In this document: in pieces, positions 28,150-40,102 of the stretch
Layout of the letters: each line of letters opens with the position of its first letter
Position numbering within the stretch: the first letter of the stretch is position 1
NCBI GenBank assembly: GCA_963822965.1
Contig: CAWGJT010000005.1
Location: 64,001 to 128,000, forward strand
Direction: 5' to 3'
Length of the DNA stretch: 64,000 nt
Source: an uncultured delta proteobacterium
Lineage (GTDB): Bacteria > Myxococcota_A > UBA9160 > UBA4427
The notes under the pieces: generated by a model
Told to the model about the DNA's origin: nothing
Databases searched by the model: none
The model's input: the letters and a program-made list of their open reading frames with translations, nothing else
Program-made: the position numbers and the translations under genes

Positions 28150-28567
28150 GGAGGTGGACGGAGGATCGCCGGCGGACACCAACCGTCCGCGGGAGGAAAG
28201 TCCGGGCTCCACAGGGTACGGAAGTCGGTAACGCCGACCCGGGGCAACCCGAGGGAAAGCGCAACAGAAATGACACCGCCGATGGCGGACCGGTCACGGC
28301 CGGCCCGCACAGGCAAGGGTGAAATCGTGGGGTAAGAGCCCACGCGCGACAGCCGGGCGACCGGCGGCGAGGCAAGCCCTTCCGGGAGCAAGCTCGAATA
28401 GGGGCGCTGTTCGAGGGTGACCCGCCCGAAGCGCTGCTCTCCGGAGCAGCGCCAGTGCCCGGGTGAGAGTGCTCGAGCGGCGCGGCAACGCGTCGCCTAG
28501 ATGAATGATCCTCGCCGGCGAGGGGGCAACCGCTCGCCGGAACAGGACCCGGCTTACAGTCCACTTC
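28150..28567 (+). ncRNA. rnpB: RNase P RNA (type A)
   Basis: GAGGAAAGTCCGGGCTC, GGAAAGCGCAACAGAAA, GGGTGAAA..GTGGGGTAAGAGCCCAC, AGATGAATGAT, AACAGGACCCGGCTTA; 5' GAGGTGGAC pairs with 3' GTCCACTTC (P1). Confidence 0.96.
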
Positions 28568-28739
28568 GCGGCGTGCACCCGCACGCCGCGAACCCCCGGG
28601 AAGAAGCGCAAGCCACGCCCGGGGCGCTCCGACGAAGACGCAACGGCGACCGGGAGCTCGCGATGCGCGGGCTCCCGGCCCGCCGGCGCGGGCCGTCGCC
28701 TCCGCTGCATTCCCGATTGGGGTCGCGCGGGGCCCGAGG

Positions 28740-29845
28740 TCACGCGCCGGGCGGGGTGGCCGCGCCCGGATGCAGATCGCGACGCAGGCAGCGGACCCGG
28801 GCCCGCCGGTCGGGCGGATAGCCCCGCCACTTCTCGGCCGGGATGTCGTCGGCCCCGACGACGCGGAAGCCCTGGCGCTCGAAGAAGACCTGGACGCGCT
28901 CCGACGTGGTGCACGCGAACACGTAGGCGAAGCCCATGCTCGGCGGCGCATTCGAGCGCGAAGCTCACGAGGTGTCCGCCGACCCCTTCGCCGACGAAGC
29001 GGGTGAGGGTGTAGAGCGAGCCGATCTCGCCGCACGACGATCCGGGTGCGGCAGCAGCGCGCCGACGCCCGGCCAGGTAACGCCCCTCGACGAAGACGCC
29101 GAACGCGTTCGCCAGGATCTCCTCCAGCTGCTCCGGGCTCCGCTCGACCAGGTAGCCCTCTTCGACGCCTCGCCCGATCAGCCGGTCGGCGGCGTCGAAC
29201 TCGTCCAGGGAGAGGCGCCGCACGTCCAGGTAGCGCTCGCGCGCAAAGAAGGTCCCCGAGCCTTCGAAGGTGAAGAGATCCGCGTCGAGCCCCCCGAGGC
29301 TGCAGAGGTTCACGGCCGGCAGCCCCGCCCCCAGCATGGTGCGGATCTCCTCGAGCAGCGCCCGGCGATCCGGCGGCACGTCTCCGCCGAGCGCCGCGGC
29401 GATGCCCGCGCCGTCGAGCAGGGAGATCCGCTCGCCCCGGGCGTCGCGCAGGGGGCCCGCGGGATCGATCCAGACGAGCTTCGCCAGGCGCAGGCGCAGC
29501 ACCACCCGGCGGCAGGCCGAGGCCAGGACCTCGTCGGGGCCGACGGCGATGCCCACCCGCACGTCGTTGCGGATGGCCCGCCACAGGCGTCCGATCCAGC
29601 GCGGATCCCGGGCGTCGAGCACGCGATCGCCCGCGATCTTCTCGAGCAGCGAGCGATCCGCGGAGAGGACGAGAACGCGCGTCCGGTTCGCCTCCAGCTC
29701 GGAGAGCACCGACTCGAGCAGCGGGACCTCCTCGGGCTCGGCCGAGGGCAAGGCGAAGGCGAGGGTCCGCCCGCGGAACTCCGCCAGGTAGAAGTCGCGC
29801 TCGGAGAAGCCGTCCGCCGTCGGGGAAGGAGCTCGCCGCCACCAT
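28740..29845 (-). CDS. ArgA-like amino-acid N-acetyltransferase (reduced kinase-like domain plus GNAT; frameshifted, start approximate)
   Basis: FYLAEFRGRTLAF, ADLFTFEGSGTFF, GVEEGYLVERS, GEIGSLYT..RFVGEGVG, VFACTTS..FFERQGF. Confidence 0.72.
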
Positions 29846-29934
29846 GCGGGCCGCATTCTCGCGCATCCGGGAGCCCTCGGACACGGTCCGAAATCCCTGT
29901 CCCGGGCCCGCATAGCCTGTATCGTGCGGCGCGC

Positions 29935-31713
29935 ATGGATTGGCAGATCGCCTACACGCTGGCCGATCGTGTTGGTGGCCCTGACCGCGATGGTGCGGCA
30001 GATCGCGGCGCCCGACCTGATCCTGATGGCGGCACTGCTCTCCCTGGCGTCTGGCCGGCATCCTCACCCCCCCGAGACCTTCTCGGGCTTCTCCAACCCG
30101 GCGGTCGCCACGATCGGCGCCCTCTTCATGGTCTCGGCGGCGCTCCGGCAGACGGGCGCCCTCGACCTCAGCATCGGGCGCTTCCTGAACGGCGCCCGCG
30201 GCATGACCGCGGGCGCGCATGCGCATCGCGCCTGCCCGTGGCGAGCCTCTCGGCGTTCCTGAACAACGCCCCGATCGTCGCCATGATGACCCCCTCGGTG
30301 ATCGAGTGGGCGCGCCGCAACAACCTCTCTCCGAGCCGCTTCCTGATCCCGCTCAGCTACGCGGCGATCCTCGGGAGCAGCACGACGATCATCGGCACGA
30401 GCGTCAACCTGACGGTCGCGGGCCTGATCATCGACGCCGGCATGAAGCCCATGTCGTTCTTCGAGCTGGCACCGGTGGGCGTGCCGATCTGCCTGCTCGG
30501 CCTCCTCTACCTGGTGTTCGTGGCGCCGCGGCGGCTGCCCGACCGCGTCGATCCGATGGAGGGGCTGGGCAAGCGGCGCCGCGAGTACGTGGCCGCCATG
30601 GAGGTGCAGGCGGACTGCCCCCTGGTCGACCGCTCCGTGGAGGAGGCCGGTCTGCGCCAGCTGCCCGGGCTCTTCCTGGTCGAGATCGACCGCCAGGGCC
30701 GCGTCATCACGCCGGTCGCGCCGGACGAGACGATCCGCGCGGGCGACCGGCTGGTGTTCGCGGGCGTTGTCTCGACCATCATCGAGCTCCAGCGCATCCG
30801 CGGGCTGCTGCCGATCAGCGAGGACACGGGACCCACCACCAGCGACCCGACCCACCGCCTGGCCGAGGCCGTCGTCTCGCGCTCGTCGCCGCTGGTCGGA
30901 CGGAGCATCCGCGACGCGAACTTCCGGACCGTCTACGACGCCGCCGTGATCGCGGTCCACCGCAACGGCGAGCGCGTGCCGGGCAAGATCGGCGAGATCG
31001 TGCTGCGCCCGGGCGACACGCTGCTGCTGCAGTGCGCGCCGGGCTTCCTGCGCGCGCACCGCAACAGCCCCGACTTCTTCCTGGTGAGCGAGCTGCAGGA
31101 CGACACCAAGCCCCGCTACGAACGGGCCGGACTCGCCCTCGGGATCCTGCTGGCCATGGTGATCCTCGTCACCGCCGGGGTGCTTGCCCGATCGCCGTCG
31201 CGGCCTTCGCGGCCGTGGGGCTGATGCTGGCCACGCGCTGCATCACGGGCGCCCCAGGCCCGGCGCAGCGTGGACTGGTCGATCCTGGTGGTGATCGGCG
31301 CCGGCCTCGGGATCGCGGGCGCCATGGAGAAGACCGGCGCCGCGCAGCTCGTGGCCCGCACGCTGGTGGACTCCCTCGGGCACATCGGCCCGCTGGGCGC
31401 CCTCGCCCTCATCTACGGAACCTGCCTGCTGATGGCCGAGCTGCTCCACCACAACGCGGCGGTGGCAATCATGTTCCCGATCGCCGTCGCCACCGCCAAG
31501 CAGGTCGGCGCGGATCCCCGTGGCTTCGTGATGGCGGTGGCTCTCGCCTCGTGCTGCGCGTTCGCTTCGCCCGTCTCCTACCAGACCCACCTGATCGTCT
31601 ACGGCCCGGGCGGCTACCGCTTCACGGACTTCGTTCGGGCCGGCCTGCCGCTGGACATGCTCTGCGGAGCGGTGGCGATCACCACCATCCCCTGGATCTG
31701 GCCGTTCGCGTAG
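29935..31713 (+). CDS. SLC13/CitT-family permease with two TrkA-C domains (frameshifted)
   Basis: FSGFSNPAV, SAFLNNAPIV, LIPLSYAAILG, TIIGTSVNL, GLFLVEIDR, FASPVSYQTHLIVYGPGGYRFTDF. Confidence 0.88.
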
Positions 31714-31725
31714 GAGCGGGTCCGC

Positions 31726-31765
31726 CGCTCCGGCCGTCCCGGTCACGCTCCGGCCGTCCCGGTCA
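31726..31765. repeat. 20-bp perfect tandem duplication
   Basis: CGCTCCGGCCGTCCCGGTCA twice, just after the permease stop codon. Confidence 0.85.
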
Positions 31766-32526
31766 AGCTGCGCGTGCCTTGACCCGGTCACCCCCATCGA
31801 GGCGCCATCCACGCGGCCTCGGACCTGCCCGCGTCCAGTCTTGACACGACGGCATGGGGCATTCCGCCCCCGGGGAACGTAACCCGGACCGGGAACGAAG
31901 CCACTCATCCAGGAAGCCAGGGCCCGCCCGAGAGGCGAAACCGTGCTCTAGTTCACATTGTCAACTTGACATGGAGCATTTCGTGTTAGAGTGCAGGACG
32001 ATTCGCTTGGGTTGGGACCCCTTGCGGCCGATGTGTCAGGATGATATGTGGCCGAAAGCCCACGATCCGCACGACATCGCCATCCGGGCCGGAATCTCGA
32101 CTCGACACCGTCCCCAGGCCGTCGCGCATTCCGGGCCACGTCGGGAAATCGCTTGTGAGTCGGCGATCCGGCCGGCATACTTGCGGGTCGCTCGGCTCTG
32201 CTCCCGAGAGCCCCGAGAATCCCGCGACGAGGGGGCGACCCGGCCGCGTTCTCACCCGGGTCGCCGAGAGGTGAAGACGAGCACCGAACCCAGCGGCACG
32301 AGGATCCGAACGCAGCGGACCCGTACCGTACGCCGAGAGCCATTCCGAACACGCGCCACTAGCAGGCGAGTCAGGACCCCGACAACTTGAAACCGGCCCC
32401 CGGCGGGCGGTATCCGAATGCCATTGCAAGCCATCTCCACGGGGGTGGGGCGGTCCGTACAGGACACGACGCAGGGCAAGCAAGGCCAGGGAATCGCACG
32501 GGTCCAGGGACCGTCGAGGTAAACCG

Positions 32527-33916
32527 TTGAGCGCTGACAACCAGAAGAAATCCACCAAGCGAGACGACTCGCGCCAGACCGCCATGGGGGCGACCCCGGT
32601 GGTGGCCGCCGAGGAGCTGGATCCCGGCCGCGAGCGCCGCCCGCTGGAGTCTTACTTCCAGGAGATCGGTGGAACTCGCACGCTGAAGCGCGAGGAGGAG
32701 GTCTTCCTCGCAAAGGATCTCGAGTCCGCCACGGCGGAGCTGCGCGCGGCGCTCTACGCGATCCCGCTGCTCGGCCACGCCACGTGGTGGCGCGCTGGGA
32801 CGCCCTGCGCGCCCTCTCCCACACCGGCGCCAAGCTCTCGGAGTCGGTTGGCGACGAGGAGACGGGTGAGATCGCGGCGCGCGTCGAGCGCGCGGTGAAG
32901 AAGCTGCGCACCCTGCTCGAGGAGCGCGAGAAGAAACTGGGCCGGACGACGGGCACCTACAGCAAGGCCCTCGAGCGCATCGACGCCAAGATCAGCAAGG
33001 ACATGCACAGCGCCCAGCTCTCGCTGGCCGTGCTCGTCGAGCTGCGGGAGCGGGCCCTCGCCTATGCGGCCGAGATGCGGAAGGTGCGGGCGCGCAGCCG
33101 GCGTCTCGCCGAGCTCGAGGTCGAGGTGGGTGTCCCGAAGAAGCGGATGATGGAGCTCGTCGCAGACGTGGAGAACGCCCACGATCGCATGACCACCGTC
33201 AAGAACCGCTTCATCGAGCACAACCTGAAGCTGGTGGTGGCCATCGCGAAGGACTACCGGAACCTGGGTCTGTCCTTCCCCGACCTGATCCAGGAGGGCA
33301 ACCTCGGCCTGATCCGGGCGGTGGAGAAGTTCGACCACCGGCGCGGGCTTCAAGTTCTCGACCTACGCGGTGTGGTGGATCCGGCAGGCGCTGGTCCGCG
33401 CGATCCAGAACCACTCGCGGACGATCCGTCTGCCTTCCCACGTCCACGACCGGCTGCAGCGCAGCCAGCGCATCCGGGCGGAGCTGACCGGCAAGCTCGG
33501 CCGCGAGCCCACGCCCGCGGAGCTGGCGCCGGCACTCGGCACGGACACCGAGGCGCTGGAGGCCCTCGACCGGCTGTCGCGCGAGGCCATCTCGCTCGAG
33601 TCCAACGTGGCCGGCACCGAGAAGCGGCTGGAGGACTTCGTTCCCGGACCCGCTCAGCTCCGCGCCGGACGGCGGCATCGACGACGACCGCATGCGGTCG
33701 GGCGTCGGCACCCTGATCGGCACGCTCACGCCCCGCGAGCAGCTCATCCTCCGCCTGCGCTACGGCCTGGGCGGCGAGGAGGAGCACACCCTCGAGCAGA
33801 TCGGCCAGTCCCTGGGCCTGTCGCGCGAGCGCGTGCGCCAGCTCGAGGCCCGGGCGCTGAAGAAGCTGCGGGAGACCCAGCCCGCCCAGCGGCTGCATCC
33901 GATCCTGGAGCCCTGA
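32527..33916 (+). CDS. Sigma-70 family RNA polymerase sigma factor, RpoD/RpoS-like, without region 1.1 (frameshifted)
   Basis: Region 1.2 [21 protein letters not shown]; region 2 [12 protein letters not shown]...[18 protein letters not shown]...[15 protein letters not shown]; region 4 [25 protein letters not shown]. Confidence 0.9.
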
Positions 33917-33987
33917 GCTCGAGCCCTGAAGCGGAAGTGCGCGGCAGGCCCTGGAGACGCTCCGGGGCCTGCCCATCTCCGCGCGAT

Positions 33988-34772
33988 TCAGTGCAGCCAG
34001 GCCCAGAGCAGGAAGGTCGATCCCGCCAGCCACGCCCACCAGGCGAAGCGGTAGAAGACGTTCGGCCCGCAGCATGCGGACGAAGAGGTAGAGGGCGAGG
34101 ACGCCGCTCACCAGGGCGGCGGCGGAGCCGAGCCCGATCGCGGCGAGCTGCTCGACCGGGACGCCCCGCAGGTCGGGCAGGATCAGCACCGCCGCTCCGG
34201 TGATCGCGATGATGCCCAGCAGGAAGCTGAACTCGGCGGCCTGCACGGGCGCCACGCCCAGCGCCAGGGCGGCGGCCACGGTCGAGCCGCTGCGCGAGAT
34301 GCCCGGCAGGATGGCGAAGGCCTGGGCCACGCCGATCAGCAGGGCCCCCGCCCAGGTAGGCTCCTCCATGCCGCCGGTGCGGCGGGTGAAGCGGGTCGTC
34401 CACACGATCCCGCCCGTCACGAGCAGGAGGCAGCCCACCGCCGGCGCGGACGAGAACTGGGCGCTCGATGAAGTCCTTGGCGGTGAGCCCCACGAGCACC
34501 GCCGGTACCGTGGCCAGGGCCAGCTTGCCGACGTAGCGGATCGAGTCCGTGCGTCCGTGCAGGACGCCCACCACCAGGCCGCGGATGCGGCGCTGGTAGA
34601 AGATCAGGATGGCCACGAGGGTGGCGACGTGCACGGCCACCTCGAAGAGCAGCCCGTGCATCTCGAGCCCGAGCAGGGACTCGAAGATCACCAGGTGGCC
34701 GGAGCTCGAGACGGGGAAGAACTCGGTCAGACCCTGGACGATGCCGAGCCAGAGGGCTTCGAGGTCGCTCAT
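33988..34772 (-). CDS. uppP: Undecaprenyl-diphosphate phosphatase BacA/UppP (frameshifted)
   Basis: LGIVQGLTEFFPVSSSGHL, QAFAILPGISRSGST, AAEFSFLL. Confidence 0.93.
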
Positions 34773-37700
34773 CGCCCGCCGGCCACCGGTGCAGACGCCT
34801 CCGTCGCTTCGCCCGCACCGGCCTCGGCCTCCCGGAGCAGCCGGAAGGGTCGCCGGAAGCGGTCCAGGGACACGTAGGTGGCGGGCACCACGAAGAAGGT
34901 CAGCACGGTGGAGAAGATCATGCCGCCCACCACCGCGACGCCCAGAGGCGCACGGGACTCGCCGCCCGCCCCGAGCCCCAGGGCGATGGGCAGGATCCCC
35001 ATGATGGTCGCGGTGGCGGTCATGAGGATGGGCCGGAAGCGGGTGCGACAGGCCTCCAGGGTCGCTTCTCCCAACGAGAGCCCCCGCTCGCGCAGCTGGT
35101 TCGCGAACTCGACGATCAGGATCGAGTTCTTGGTGACGAGCCCCACCAGCATCACGATCCCGATCTTGCTGAACAGGTTCAACGAGTCGCCCACCATGCT
35201 CGAGCGCGATCAGCGCGCCGGTGAAGGACAGGAAGACCGCCACCAGGATCGACGAGGGGATCGAAGAAGCTCTCGAACTGGGCCGCCAGGACCAGGTACA
35301 CGATCAGGATCGCCAGCGCGTACGCGGACACGATGGCGTTGCCCGACTCGTAGAACTTCTCGGCCTCCCCGGCGAACTCGGCGCGGTAGCCGCCGCGCGG
35401 GGGCAGCGAGCCCTTCGCGATGGCCATCATGCGCGCGAGCCCCTCGCCCTGGGAGGTGCCTTCCCGCAGCGAGGCGCTGATGGTGACGGAGCGGAAGCGG
35501 TCGTAGTGGGGGAGAGAACGCGGCGAGGTCGTCTCCCGGGCCTCGGCCACGGCGGCCAGGGGAATCAGCTCCCCGTTCCCCCGCACGAACAGCGAGACCA
35601 CGTCCCGCGGCGAGGTCCGCTCGCTGCGCGGGAGCTGCGCCATCACGTTGTACGTCTCGCCGTCCTGCTTGAAGGTGGAGATGTCGAGGCCACCCAGCAT
35701 GATCTGGAGGGTGGTCGCGATCTCCTTCATGGACATGCCGAGATCGCTAGCACGCTCGCGGTCGATGGCCACCTCGAGCTGCGGCTTGTTGAGGACCAGG
35801 TTCGAGCGCACGTACCGGAAGATGCCCTCGGCGTTCGCCTTGCGCTCGATCTCGTCGGCGACCCGGGCGAGCTCGTCGAGCTCGGGCCCCTGGATCACGA
35901 CTTCGACCGGCGAGCCGCCGAAGAGCCGCAGCGGGTTCGGATTGAGGGGGCGCGTGCTGATCCCGGCGATGCCCGAGAGCTCGTCGCCCAGGGAGGCGAC
36001 GATCTGCTGCTGGCTCCGCTCGCGCTCGGCCCGGTCCACGAGCTGGGTGAAGAGGATTCCCTGGTTCACCACGCCGGGGGCGCCGATGCCCAGGGCCACC
36101 ACCGACAGGGTGCGGCGGATCTCGGGGACGGCCATCAGGAGGGCTTCCGCCTGGCGCTGATAGCGGTCCATGTACTCGATCGTGCTGCCCTCGGGCGCCT
36201 CGGTCCACACCAGCACCACGCCGCGGTCCGCATCGGGCATGAGCTCCTCGGGCAGCTGGCCGTAGAGCCAGAAGCCACCGAGCACCCACAGGATGCCGAA
36301 CACGAGGGCACTCGCGGCCAGGACCGGCCGCGAGACGAGAGGCCCGACGAGACGGACGTAGCCGGCGGTGAGGCCCTCGATGTATCGCGCCGAAGACCCG
36401 CTTCAGGCCGCGTTCCTCCCGGCGAACGCCCAACACCCGGGCGCACAGCATGGGCGCCAGCGTCACGGCCACGAAGCCCGAGATGGCGATCGCGCTCGCC
36501 ACGGTCACGGCGAACTCGCCGAAGAGGCGCCCGGTGGTGTCCCGGAGGAAGACGAGCGGCACGAAGACCGAGACCGCCGACACCGTCGCCGCTACGACCG
36601 CGAAGGAGATCTCGTCCATTCCGCGCCGGGCCGCCTCCATGGGCGGCGTCCCGCCTTCGACCCAGCGCGTGATGTTCTCCAGCACCACGATCGCGTCGTC
36701 GACCACCAGACCGATCGCGAGGGTCACCCCCATCAGGGTCAGCGTGTTGATCGAGAAGCCCGCGAAGTACAGGAAGCGCGAAGGCGCCGACGATGGAGAC
36801 GGGGATGGCGACGGCAGGCACGATCGTCGCCCGCACGCTGCGGAGGAAGATGTAGATGACGAGCACCACCAGCAGCGACGCCTCGAAGATCGTCCGGGTC
36901 ACGTCGGTGATCGACTCCCGGATGAAGGTGGACGAGTCGAAGGCGACCTCCAGGGTGAGCCCCTCCCCCAGTCCGGCGCTGATGTCCGCCGCCTCCTTCT
37001 TGACCGCCTCCGCCACGGCGAGGGTGTTGGCCTTCGACTGCTTGATGACGCCGATGCCGATGGCCGGCGCTCCGTTGTAGCGGACGAGCTTGCGCTCGTC
37101 CTCGGGGCCCGTCTCCACGGTGGCGACGTCCCCGAGGCGCACGAGCTCGTCGTCGACCTTCGCGACGATCATGCGCTCGTACTCCCGGGGGCTCTTCAGC
37201 TCGCCCAGGGCACGGACGGTGAACTCCGTGTCCCGGCTCTCGACGCGGCCCGAGGGAATGTCGACGTTCGCGCGCTGCAGCGCCGCCACCACGTCCGCGA
37301 CCGTGAGGTTCTGGGCGCCCAACCGGCGGTTGTCGATCCAGATACGCATCGAGAAGCGGCGATCGCCGCCCATGATCACGCTGGCCACGCCCGGCAGCTT
37401 CTCGAGGCGGTCCTTCACCCGGTCGTCGACGATGCGGGTCAGCTCGATCTGGTCGTAGTTGCCTCCGTAGAGCGCCAGGAAGAGAATCGGCTGTGCGTCC
37501 GAGTCCGTCTTGGCGACGACGGGCACGTCGATCTCGTCGGGCAGGTCGCCCCGGGCGCGGGCCACCCGGTCGCGCACGTCGTTCGCGGCCGCTTCGATGT
37601 CGCGATCGAGAGAGAACTCGATGCTGATCGAGGAGACCTGCTCGCGGCTCTCGGAGCGGACGTGCTTGACCCCCTCGATGCCGTTCACGGCGTCCTCGAG

Positions 37701-37898
37701 GGGCTGGGTGACCGAGGTCTCCACCACCTCGGCCGCGGCGCCGGGATAGACGGTGGTGACGGACACGATGGGCGCGTCGACGTCCGGGAGCTCCCGGTTG
37801 GGAAGGCGCGGCAACGCGATCACGCCGAACAGCACGATGATGAGCGACATCACGGTGGTGAGCACCGGTCGCTCGATGCAGATCGCCGAGAGCCTCAC
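34769..37898 (-). CDS. RND efflux permease, AcrB/MdtB family (frameshifted)
   Basis: ICIERPV, VTTVYPGAAAE, AIGLVVDDAIVVLENI, VYLVLAAQFES, GLVTKNSILIVEFA, RFRPILMT. Confidence 0.93.
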
Positions 37899-38956
37899 GA
37901 AGCCGGCTCCGCCGGCGCGACGGCCCGCACCCGCTCGCCCGCCATCACCTTGTTGGTTCCCGCCGAGACCACGCGGTCTCCGGGCGAGAGGCCTTCGACG
38001 ATCTCCACCCGGCCCGCCTGCCGCAGGCCGATGTGGACCGGCACCTTCTCGACGCGATCTCCCTCCACCACGCGCCACACGTAGATGCCGTTCCGGTCGT
38101 AGACCATCGAGGCTTCGGGCACGAGCAAGGCGCCGTGGCGCTTCGACACCTCGACGTCCACGTTGGCGAACATCCCGGGCTTGAGGCGGTGGTCGGGGTT
38201 CTGGATCCAGGCCTTCAGGACGAGACGCCGCGAGGCCGGATCGATGGTGGGCGAGACGAAGAAGACGGTTCCCGCAAAGCTCTCGCCGGGGAAGGCCGCC
38301 ACCCGGGCCTGGATCTCGCCGCCCATGCGCGCCAGGGCGACGGCGGTCTCCGGGACCGTGAAGAGGAGCTGAAGCCGGTCGACGGCGCTGATCGCGACGA
38401 GGCCCGTGTCGTCCTCGACGCGCTCCCCCGGTGCCACCAGCCGGGCGCCCGGGATTCCGTCGAAGGGAGCCCGAACGCGCATCCGCTCCAGCTCGATCTC
38501 CGCGATCTGGAGCTGCGCGCGGGCGGTCTCCAGCTGGGCGCGCGTCTCTTCCATGCGCGCCAGGGACGAAGCGTCCCGGCGCGCCAGCTTGTTCTCCCGC
38601 TCGTAGACCTGTTTGGCGAGACGCAGCGCGGCGCGGGCCTCGTCCACCCGGGCCCGCTCCATGTCGTCCCCCAGGTAGAGCAGCACGTCGCCCTTCTCGA
38701 CGGGCTTGCCCTCCACGAACTCGATCCGGGAGACGACGCCGGCGGTCTCGGGCTGGACGACCACCGAGTTCTCGGCCTCCAGCTGACCCGTGAGCGAGAC
38801 CGTGTCCACCAGGGTTTCCGGCACGAGGGTCGTCACCTCGACGGTGTCCGGCGTGGGCTCCGGGCCGGCGGCCGCGGGGGCGTCGTCCCCGCCACAGCCG
38901 ACCACGACGAGTCCGAGGCACAGGGCGGCCACGAGGGGGAGGCTCCCGACGCGCAT
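37895..38956 (-). CDS. RND efflux periplasmic adaptor (membrane fusion lipoprotein)
   Basis: Lipobox-like VVVGC, VRAPFDG, LKPGMFA, VEIVEGLSPGDRVV. Confidence 0.9.
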   Translation of the reverse strand: MRVGSLPLVAALCLGLVVVGCGGDDAPAAAGPEPTPDTVEVTTLVPETLVDTVSLTGQLEAENSVVVQPETAGVVSRIEFVEGKPVEKGDVLLYLGDDMERARVDEARAALRLAKQVYERENKLARRDASSLARMEETRAQLETARAQLQIAEIELERMRVRAPFDGIPGARLVAPGERVEDDTGLVAISAVDRLQLLFTVPETAVALARMGGEIQARVAAFPGESFAGTVFFVSPTIDPASRRLVLKAWIQNPDHRLKPGMFANVDVEVSKRHGALLVPEASMVYDRNGIYVWRVVEGDRVEKVPVHIGLRQAGRVEIVEGLSPGDRVVSAGTNKVMAGERVRAVAPAEPAS

Positions 38957-39129
38957 CCGGACGCCACCGCACCGCTCGCGGAGCGGGCCGGACACATATC
39001 GGAGGGCGGAGTCGGAACGCGAACGGGCTCTTCGGAAGCAGTCGCGTCGCATCGGGCGCAGTCTAGCAGCCGCGTCGCATCGGGCTGAATCCAGCAGCCG
39101 CGCGACGCCCGCCCCGGCCCCGGGGCCTG

Positions 39130-39345
39130 CTAGCCCTGATCCGTCATACGGATCAGGGCGCAACTCCCGATGCTGTCCGGATCCGCGCGTCTGCTCGGCC
39201 CGTGCCGCGATCCGCGCCTGCCGCCAGGACTTCACGGCAATGAGTTCCTCGCGCCCAGGCAGGTTCCAGCGACGTCGCAGGATCCGCAAGGGCTGGCGGG
39301 CTCTGCGGCACGCGGGAAGCTGGAACAATGCCGCATTGGGGCTAG
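39130..39345 (+). mobile_element. CTAG-bounded ~216-bp MITE/REP-like repeat, copy 1
   Basis: Starts CTAGCCCTGATCCGTCATACGGATCAGGGC and ends CGCATTGGGGCTAG; colinear diverged copy at 50452-50668 on the opposite strand. Confidence 0.8.
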
Positions 39346-39474
39346 CATCCGCGCCCGTTCGCCGCCCTGGAATCCGAAGCTGAATCCGGACCAGACGGTG
39401 CGCGCCGGACCGCCGATTTCGAACACGACCCACCGAACCAGTCGAACACGACCGCCGAACCGAAGGAAATCGCC

Positions 39475-40086
39475 GTGGAACTGGCCTGCCTGGACCTGGA
39501 AGGGGTGCTCATCCCCGAGGTCTGGATCAACTTCGCGGAGCGCACCGGCATCGAGGAGCTTCGTGCCACCACCCGGGACATCCCGGACTACGACGTGCTG
39601 ATGCGCCAGCGCCTGCGGATCCTGGCGGAGCACGGCCTGGGGCTTCCGGACATCCAGGAGGTCATCTCGGGGATGCGCCCGCTCGAGGGGGCCCGCGAGT
39701 TCCTCGGCTGGCTGCGCGAGCGCTTCCAGGTGATCATCCTGTCCGACACGTTCTACGAGTTCGCCGAGCCATTCATGCGCCAGCTCGACTGGCCCACCCT
39801 CTTCTGCCACCGGCTCGAGGTGGACGCCACCGGCCGGGTCGTCGATTACCACCTGCGTCAGGCGGACCCGAAGCGCCAGGCGGTACGCGCCCTCAAGGCC
39901 CTCAACTTCCGGGTGATCGCGACCGGAGACTCGTACAACGACACCAGCATGCTCGCCGAGGCGGACGCGGGCATCCTCTTCCGCCCGCCGCAGAACGTGA
40001 TCGACGAGTTTCCCCAGTACCCGGTCGCCACCACCTACGAGGAGGCTCGGGCGGAGTGGGCCCGCGCCTCGTTGCGCGATCTCTGA
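39475..40086 (+). CDS. thrH: Bifunctional phosphoserine phosphatase/homoserine phosphotransferase ThrH
   Basis: [50 protein letters not shown]. Confidence 0.95.
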   Translation: MELACLDLEGVLIPEVWINFAERTGIEELRATTRDIPDYDVLMRQRLRILAEHGLGLPDIQEVISGMRPLEGAREFLGWLRERFQVIILSDTFYEFAEPFMRQLDWPTLFCHRLEVDATGRVVDYHLRQADPKRQAVRALKALNFRVIATGDSYNDTSMLAEADAGILFRPPQNVIDEFPQYPVATTYEEARAEWARASLRDL

Positions 40087-40102
40087 GCGGCGACCCGACC
40101 CT

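Noticed and set aside
31940..31995. CIRCE (HrcA) element
   Set aside because: A GAGTGC half is present but TTAGCACTC-N9-GAGTGCTAA is not matched.
31854..32585. ORFs in the spacer before the sigma factor as real genes
   Set aside because: Low-complexity Arg/Pro-rich translations, atypical codon usage and no motifs.
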